DNA of 64,000 bases from Candidatus Babeliaceae bacterium (GTDB taxonomy: Bacteria > Babelota > Babeliae > Babelales > Babelaceae), in assembly GCA_041660765.1 (NCBI GenBank), contig JBAZVR010000003.1, positions 20,242-84,241 of the forward strand. Reading direction: 5' to 3'. The notes under the pieces were generated by a model that was not told where the DNA came from, did no database searches, and saw only the letters and a list, made by a program, of their open reading frames with translations. Positions 29,450 through 38,400 of this stretch are shown one piece after another. The position numbers and the translations under genes were made by a program. How positions within the stretch are numbered: the stretch's first letter is position 1; every line of letters begins with the position of its first letter.

Positions 29450-32400
29450 TTATCCTCTCCCGATTCTATACCATGTATTTGCTGTTGCATTATAATAATA
29501 CGTAACCGCTGCGCCATTAGTAGATGATGTAAAGTTCGATCCCGGAGCTAATGAATTAACTGGATTAACAATAGCAGCGCCGCCTGTGCCTCCAGTGTTT
29601 ACCAATGTCGTGCTATTTGTTGATCCCTGCACAATAGTAAAAAACTGACCATCAATTGGGCTTGGCGGGAACCTCACCGTAAATCCGGCTCCGCCCACGT
29701 TGACTACGTTTTTCAAGATCAAAATAGAAGTTGTGCTGAGCGTTGTTACAGAACCACCAACTGTCGGAGTTGCAGACTGTATTGCCTGATCACGCCTTAC
29801 ATTAGTGGTAACTAACGGTGTCGGCATTAATATTGATCCAGAGCTGACGCTCATTCTTTCAGCACCGTTGGTATCAAAAGATAGTGTATTTGCGGTCGGC
29901 GCAGAAAAGCCTGTATTGGTACTACCCGTAAATTGCAATGCAGGTACTGCTGCGGTACCTGCTGGTAATACTAGGCTGCCGGTCATAGTGTCACCCGCTT
30001 TGAGCACATTAAGTGACGCTGCGCCGGTCACGTTGCCAATTAATGCTGCGGTGATAGTGCCTGCCGAAAAATCTCCCGATGCATCACGTAATACTATGGT
30101 GTTGGGCGTATTGGCACTAGAAATGCTCGCCAGACTTGCATTACTAATAGTCCCAGGAGTAATGTCACTATTAACAATAAGTGAGCTTGTTAACAAACCA
30201 AGTGCGCTATTATGCACTACGCCTGCTGTGCCCGTAAAATTGTCTATAAGAATGCCACCAGAAGAAGAAATATTAATCGCTTCTGTCCCATTAACATCAA
30301 AAGATAATGTATTTGCAGATGGTGAAGAGAAGCCAGTGTTAGTGCTGCCCGTAAATTGTATTGATGGCGCTGCGCGTGTGCCTGCCGGGTGTGTTAGTGT
30401 ACCGGTCATGGTGTCTCCAGCTTTGAGCACATTAAGTGATGCACTGCCCGTTACATTACCTAGTAAGTTTGCAGTAATGGTAGACGCTGCAAAATTACCC
30501 AAGTTATCTCTTGCAACAATAGTATTTGAGCTATTTGCACCTGTTGCAGTCGTTGCGGAATTACCAACTTTTCCCGGTGTTAAAATTGTTGCAAGTTTTG
30601 TGTCTACGATTCCGGCACTTGGACTAACATCCGCATCGACAATGAGTGAGCTTGTTAACAAACCAAGTGCACTATTGTGTACTATGCCTGCTGTGCCCGT
30701 AAAATTATCAATAAGAATATTCCCACTTGATGCGATATTTATCGCTTCAGTGCCATTAATGCTTAACGATAATGTATTTGCTACTGGGGATGATAATCCG
30801 GTATTGGTACTGCCAGAAAATTTTAATGATGGTGATATGTTTGTTCCAGCGGGCAACGTCAAATTACCCGTCATAGTATCGCCCGATTTGAGTACGTTAA
30901 GTGATGCACTACCCGTTACGTTACCAATTAATCCAGCCGTAATTGTGCCAGCTGCAAAATTACCTGATGCATCGCGAGCAACAATGGCTCCTGCTGTATC
31001 AAGAGCGGTTGCCGTTGTCGCAGTGTTTGCCACTTTGCCCGCTGTAGAAATGGTTGCCAATTTGGTATCTATAATTGCAGCCGCAGGATCAACATCCGCA
31101 TTAATAATTAATGAACTAGACAAATTGCCCGATACGTCATTATGTACGACACCAGCAGGCGTAAGCCCTGTAATGGTAACCGTACCACTAGAAGATATTT
31201 TGAGACGTTCTACGGCAGACGTGCTCAAAGACAAGTTGCCAGTGCTTGCAGATAAACCAGTTGTCGTGCTACCGGTAAATACTAACGCCGGAGCAGCTGT
31301 AGAGCCGGCTGGTAATTGCAATGTACCCGTCATAGTGTCGCCGGCTTTGAGTACGTTAAGTGATGCACTACCAATCACATTACCCGTTACCGTGCCAGAA
31401 AATGCTGCGGTAATAGTACCAGCAGAAAAATTACCCGATGCATCGCGTAATACAATGGTATTAGGGAGATTAACGCTCGTTGCTGTTGTAGCAGAGTTTG
31501 CCACTTTACCCGATGTAGAAATGGTTGCTAGTTTATCATCCGTGATTGCTGCACTTGGACTAACATCTGCATTGACTATTAACGAGCTTGATAAATTGCC
31601 GAGTGCATCGTTATGCACTATACCTGCAGTACCAGTAAAATTATCTATCAAAACACCGCGACTTGAACTAATATTAATCGCTTCAACACCATTAATATCA
31701 AAAGAAAGTGTATTTGCTGACGGAGATGAAAGACCCGTATTAGTACCGCCAGAAAATTGTAGTGATGGTACCGCACGCGTACCTGCCGGCAATGTTAAAT
31801 TACCCGTCATCGTATCTCCGGATTTGAGCACGTTGAGCGATGCGCTGCCAGTCACATTGCCAAGAACGTTGCCAATTAATCCTGCAGTAATAGTTCCTGC
31901 AGAAAAATTACCCGATGCATCTCGTAGTACGATGGTATTAGGGAGATTGGCGCTTGTTGCGGTTGTTGCAGAGTTTGCAACTTTACCTGGAGTAGAAATT
32001 GTTGCTAGTTTATTATCCGTGATTGCTGCACTTGGACTAACATCTGCATCAACTATTAACGAGCTTGATAAATTGCCGAGTGCATCGTTATGCACTATAC
32101 CTGCAGTACCAGTAAAATTATCTATCAAAACACCGCGACTTGAACTAATATTAATCGCTTCAATACCATTAATATCAAAAGAAAGTGTGTTTGGTTCAGG
32201 TGCAGAAAACCCTGTATTGGTACTACCGGTGAATTGTATTGATGGTACTGCACGTGTACCTGCTTGCACGGTAAAAGTGCCCGTTGGTGAAATGTTACCT
32301 ATCACATTGCCAATTAAGTTTGCGGTAATCGTACCCGCAGAAAAATTACCCGATCCATCGCGTAACACAATTGTATTAGGTGTATTAGTATTCGTCGCGG

Positions 32401-35400
32401 TTGTTGCGGTGTTTGCTACTTTGCCGCTTGCAGAAATGGTTGCCAATTTGGTATCTGCAATCGCAGCGGCAGGATCGACGTCGGCATTAACAATTAATGA
32501 ACTGGATAAATTACCCAATGCGTCATTATGTACAACGCCCGCGGTCGTAAATGCATCAATAGAAATTGTTCCGCCGGAGGATATTTTGAGACGTTCTACA
32601 GCAGACGTGCTCAATGATAAAGCCCCTGCGCTTGCAGAAAGACCTGTCGTTGTACTGCCGGTAAATACTAATGCGGGAGCTGCTGTTGATCCTGCAGGCA
32701 ACTGCAATGTGCCGGTCATGGTGTCGCCCGCTTTTGCAACTTTACTATTCAATTGCGTTTGTACAGATGATGTTGTTCCGGCTAAAAAATCTAATTCAGC
32801 CGCTGTCGTAGTGCTAGAAACAAGTTGACTGCTGCCGTCAGTCGCAACTGCTCTATTTGGTGTAAGCCCACCAACAATAAGATTGCCATCAGTTTTGAGT
32901 GTATTTGCAGCGCCGCGATATACATTGGTGTCTGCATCTAACACAATTTTGGTACTTGCATTGGGCAGCTGCACTTGATTATTTACGCCATCTAATTGCA
33001 TGATCGTATATTCTGGAATAACAATTTGCCCAAAGCTATCACTATTTTGATAATTAAAAGAAAGCTCTGCGCTTGTTGCATTTTTGTTGATATCCCATCC
33101 ACGCAAGGCGCCTGTAGTACCAACAGGCGATGCCGTGTCAGATACTAACCGCACACCAGCAGCTTGAGTTCTGTCAGTCGTAAGCGCTGTCACATGTGCA
33201 CCACTATTAGATTCAACAAAAAGTGTTGACGATGCCGGTTGCGGATTATAAAAACCGATTGATTCCGTAGAATATAGCGATGATCTATAATTAAGTTGAG
33301 GATCGTTTGCTGTACCAATAGCTGCATGTAACAGCGTTATATCCGCATTGGTCGCTGAGCCGATATTTAAAGCATTATTATCGCTTTGATCAAAATAAGC
33401 CAAACCAACATTGGTAGGATTATTAATAATAATTTTGTTACCCGAAGCAGAACCGGCAGTAAAATTTAACGTAGCCAATGCTTGTTGCGTAATATCAGTT
33501 GTACAGTTAGTTATATACAAACTTGATGCACTCAATTGAGTTGATGCTGTATCACCTAATGTTCCAATAATCAGTGCATTTGTATAATTGTTAATTTGAT
33601 CACCAGAAACAATAACATTTGCCTGGTTAGTAACTTGTATCGCGGTTGTAGGACCAATGTCGCCAGGTGCGCCGTTGAATATACAACCAGAGAGCTTGGA
33701 ATCCGTGCCTGCCCCAGATACTTGAATTTCAACAACCGGCATAAGAGAATTTGGTTCAAATGTGCATCCTTGCACTATTAATTGTGCACTAGTTGATTGA
33801 ATAATTGAATTGCTATTAAATCTAAATGTTATAGATTGAGTTGTTACATTCATGCCATTACTTATATCAAAACCTGTTGCACAAGCTATGCACAGCCCCC
33901 CGGTAAAAAATACAAATCCTGTCCCTGTAGCAGAGATCCCAACATTAGCTGGCGTTGTAAAGGTTGTTGAACCTTCTATAATACAGTTGCTACAAATAGC
34001 TGAAGCATTATTAATAGCAAGCCCTACGCCATTAGTTATAAAAAAACAGCTTTCAAATGTATATGTGGCACTGGTTCCGCCGCAGGATACTGCCGTACCA
34101 AAATTGGTAAAATCTATATTGTTAAAAAAGGTGTTATTTCCGCTACCAGAAAGAGACACTGCGCTTGCGGTCGATATGCCTGATGCTGAAAATGAAAGAT
34201 TGAGAAATTGCGCAGAAATCGTAGTAGAAATAAGATTATTCGATAATGTATTTGGTAAAATTATAACAGAACTTGTAGATTCGCCGATAACAGAAACGCC
34301 GCCCGCTGTAATAGCAAGTGGCCCGGCACTATTGTCTTCTGTATACACACCGGAACTGATAAGAATAGCAACTGGATTAACTGCAGTTGAAATAGTATTT
34401 GCAGTAGTAATAGCTTTACTCAGGCTTGCGTAGGGATTTGAAGAAGAGCCATCGCCGGTTATATCACTACCAAACGTTGTAACGTAAATGGTGCGGCTTG
34501 TGACAGGGTTAACGCTGCCGCCGGGTGTAAACCATTCTAGCTGTGTTGGCGTTATTGCATTTGCCTGCATTACTTGATGTGCAGCAGGAGTTGTTGAGGG
34601 CAATGACAGTGTATAACTTGAAGTTACCGATGCTGGGCCATTAAGTCCAACATAATTAACGCCGGCCAAATCTTGCAAACGCACGGCATTTGATGTAGCC
34701 ATGGTGAGATTGCCGGTCATAGTATCCCCGGCTTTGAGCACATTGAGTGATGCTGCACCAATAAGCGCTGCAGTAATAGTACCCGCAGAAAAATTACCAG
34801 CATTGTCGCGTGCAACTATAGTGCCCGTTGCATTAAGATTAGTTGCATCAGTTGCTAGCGTAACATCATCTGCATTATTGGTAACAACCATATGTGTGCC
34901 GGCAGCGAGTGTTTTGAAGTTAAGCGTGTTACCCGTTTTGTCCCTAAATATTTGACCAGCGCCGGTGCCAACGTTTGCGCCCGTGGTTTGGCTAGCAAGA
35001 GAAAATTGTGTAAATGCTATAGGGTCCGTGTCAATGACCGCCAGCGGCGTACTACACAACCAACTTGATCCGCCATTATTTGTTCCTGACAATATTAAGA
35101 CATATGCTCGACCAGCTAACGTACCTGTTGCAAAATCTGCAGGCCGTGTCCATGCGCCGGCTTGAGCAAGCCAGAGGCCGTTTTGTGTAGTAGTGCTTTG
35201 TCCGACAAGTAATACACGGTCATTAGCTGCTAATGGAACACTATCAATCGTATACAAGCCCGTTATAGGAGTGTCTGTGGTGCTGACAACAAGAGCCGGT
35301 GTTTTGACAACAAAACCCAACCCTGCCACCAAATCAACATATGCTTTTGTTGCAGCATCTGTCGGATTAGTTACTGTTCCATCAAGCGTGATCATGTTGG

Positions 35401-38400
35401 TAGCAAAATTACCCGTACCGTCACGTACAACAATATTACCTGCTGTGTCTGTGCTTGATATTGTCGCCAGACTTGCATTACTAATAGTTGCAGGAGTAAT
35501 GTCACTATTAATAATCAGCGAGCTGGTTAATACACCGAGTGCGCTATTATGTACTACGCCTGCCGTACCCGTAAAATTATTAACCGTTATATTCCCACTT
35601 GATGCAATATTAAGTGCTTCAGTGCCATTAACATCAAAAGAAAGTGCATCTACTGTTGGAGACGAAAGCCCTGTGTTGATGCTGCCAGAAAATTTTAATG
35701 CAGGCGATGCTGCAGTGCCTGCTGGCAGCGTCAAAGCACCCGTCATGGTGTCCCCAGATTTGAGCACATTAAGTGATGCTGCGCCGATAAGAGTTGCGGT
35801 GATAGTGCCTGCAGAAAAATTATTAGATCCATCACGTTCAACAATAGTATTTGCGCCAAGGCCACTCGTTGCGGTTGTTGCAGAATTTGCAACTTTTCCC
35901 GCTGTAGAAATTGTTGCAAGTTTTGTGTCCACTATCGCAGCTGCTGGATCAACATCAGCATTAACAATTAATGAGCTTGTTAAGTTACCTGATACATCAT
36001 TGTGCACAATTCCAGCAGGTGTTAAGTTATTAATAGAAACCGTACCACCAGACGATATTTTCATGCGTTCTAGTCCAGATGTGCTCAAAGACAAAGCGCC
36101 CGCGCTTGCAGATAATCCCGTCGTGGTACTACCGGTAAATACTAATGTCGGAGCTGCCGTTGATCCAGCTGGCAACTGCAATGTACCGGTCATGGTGTCA
36201 CCGGCTTTTGCAACTTTACTATTCAATTGTGTTTGTATATCAGATGTTGTTCCAACCAAAAATCCTAATTCTGCTGCTGTCGTAGCACTAGAAACTAATT
36301 GACTACTGCCGTCCGTTGCAACTGCTCTATTTGCAGTTAGGCCCCCAACAATAAGATTGCCATCGGTTTTCAATGTACCTGTGGCGCCTCTATAAAGATT
36401 GGTATCTGTATCTAACACAATTTTGGTACTTGCACTGGGCAGCTGCACTTGATTATTTACGCCATCTAATTGCATGATCGTATATTCTGGAATAACGGCT
36501 TGCCCAAAACTGTCACTATTTTGATAATTAAATACAAGTTCTGCGGCAGTACCAATTTTGTTAATATCCCAACCGCGTAATGCGCCTGTAGTACCAACGG
36601 GAGATGCAGTGTCAGAAACTAATCGCACGCCAGAAGGTTGAGTTCTATCAGTTGTTATTGCTGTGAGCATTGCACCACTATTAGATTCAACAAATAATGT
36701 TGTCGAAGCTGGTGGTGGATTATAAAAACCCATTCCTCGAGTTGAATATAGAGATGATCGATAATCAAGCTGAGGATCATTGGGAAGGCCGAGAGCGGCA
36801 TGTAATAACGTAAAATTATCATTTGTTAGATTGCCGATATTCAATGCATAATTATCTTCTACGTCAAAATAGGCGAGTGCAATATTTGTAGAATCATTAA
36901 CAACAATTTTACTGCCAGTAGCAGTACCAGAACTAAATACTAAAGTTGACGTACCACGTTGCACCATGTCATTGGTACAATTTGATATCGATACACCTGA
37001 TGCATTTAATTGAGTTGATGCGGTATCGGCGGGAACACCAACAACAAAAGCATTAACATAATTATTAATCGATCCACTATCTATAACGAGTTGAGCTTGA
37101 TCAGTAACTTGAATTGCTGTTGAGGTTGTTGGAGTGCCGGTATAGTCAAATATGCAACCAGCAATAGTTGCCATAGTTCCTGCCCCAGAACTTTGAATAC
37201 TGGTGAATGGTGATGCCGAACTTGTATGAACGAATGAACATGCTTCTAACGTTAATTGTGCGCCACTCGCCTGAAAAATATCACTATTATTTAATCTAAA
37301 GGTTATTGATTTGCCACCAAACAACGCATTGCCAGCAATATTAAATGCTGTATCACATAATAAGCATAAGCCACCAGAATACAAAATTTGTGCAGCAGCA
37401 CCAGTTGCAGCTATCCCTGTATTTGCGGGCGTTGAGGTTAATGAGCCACGAATGTTACATTCACTACATTGTACTTGTGCATTATTGACATTAAGTGCTG
37501 TCCCGTTATTAACAAAAAAACAAATATCAAATAAATAAACACCATTACTGCCACCGCAAGCAACGCCGGTATTAAAATTAAAAAATGATACGGCAATAAA
37601 ATTACTCGTATTGCCACTCCCAGCAAGCGTAACGGCACTGGCAGTAGAAACACCCGTTGCCCTGAACGTAATATTTGTAAATTGTACTGCAGTTGTTGCA
37701 GAAATAAGGTCATTGGATAATGTATTTGGTCGTATTACAACGCCTGTTGGTGCGTCTCCTATAATGGAAATACCACCGGCGGTAATTGCTATCGGGCCAG
37801 CGCTATTATTTTCTGTATACACACCGGGCATTATACTAATTGCAATCGGATTTGCTGTTGTTGAAAGAGTATTGGCAACGTTTACCGCTTTAGCGAGACT
37901 TGCATATGGGGTTGCAAATGAACCATCGCCTGTCGTATCATTGCCGTATTGTGCAACATAAATAATTCTACTTGCTGCTGGAATTACGGTTCCTCCTGAT
38001 GTCACCCATTCTAAATTAGTTGGCGTTGTTGCATTCGCCCACATAACTTGGTGCGCTGTTGGTATGGTTGACGGTAGTGATAATGTATAATTTGACGCTA
38101 CCAATGCCGGTGCATTAAGCCCAACATAATTTGCGCCAGCTCCATCTTGAAACCGAACGGCATTTGCTGTAGCCATCGTAAGATTACCGGTCATCGTGTC
38201 GCCAGTTTTAAGCACGTTAAGAGACGATGCGCCCGTAACATTACCAATTAATGAAGAAGTGATTGTACCTGCTGCAAAATCACCAGATCCATCTCGTGCT
38301 ACTATTGCATTTGGTGTATCAAGACTTGTTGCTGTTGTTGCCGAATTTGCCACTTTACCGGGCGTAGAAATGGTTGCCAGTTTTACATCAGTTATAGTAC

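Noticed and set aside
29805-32828. Very long antisense ORFs inside the giant genes on the plus strand (for example 1007 aa at 29805-32828, 444 aa at 25797-27131, 391 aa at 22257-23432, 369 aa at 35193-36302)
   Set aside because: They lie exactly opposite the repetitive Gly/Thr/Ser/Ala/Asn-rich coding sequence. They translate to low-complexity P/V/A/L strings and have no start context or Shine-Dalgarno sequence. They break wherever the sense repeat changes. The biased codon composition of the sense strand simply avoids complements of stop codons.
29830-32860. CRISPR-like regular repeats
   Set aside because: The period is 477 nt and the sequence is entirely coding and in frame. There is no short repeat/spacer organisation and there are no cas genes.
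25560-35895. Diversity-generating retroelement (template/variable repeat pair) acting on the fibre-tip knob
   Set aside because: No reverse transcriptase or accessory gene is present in the window. The few mismatches between the two copies are not confined to adenine positions of one copy.
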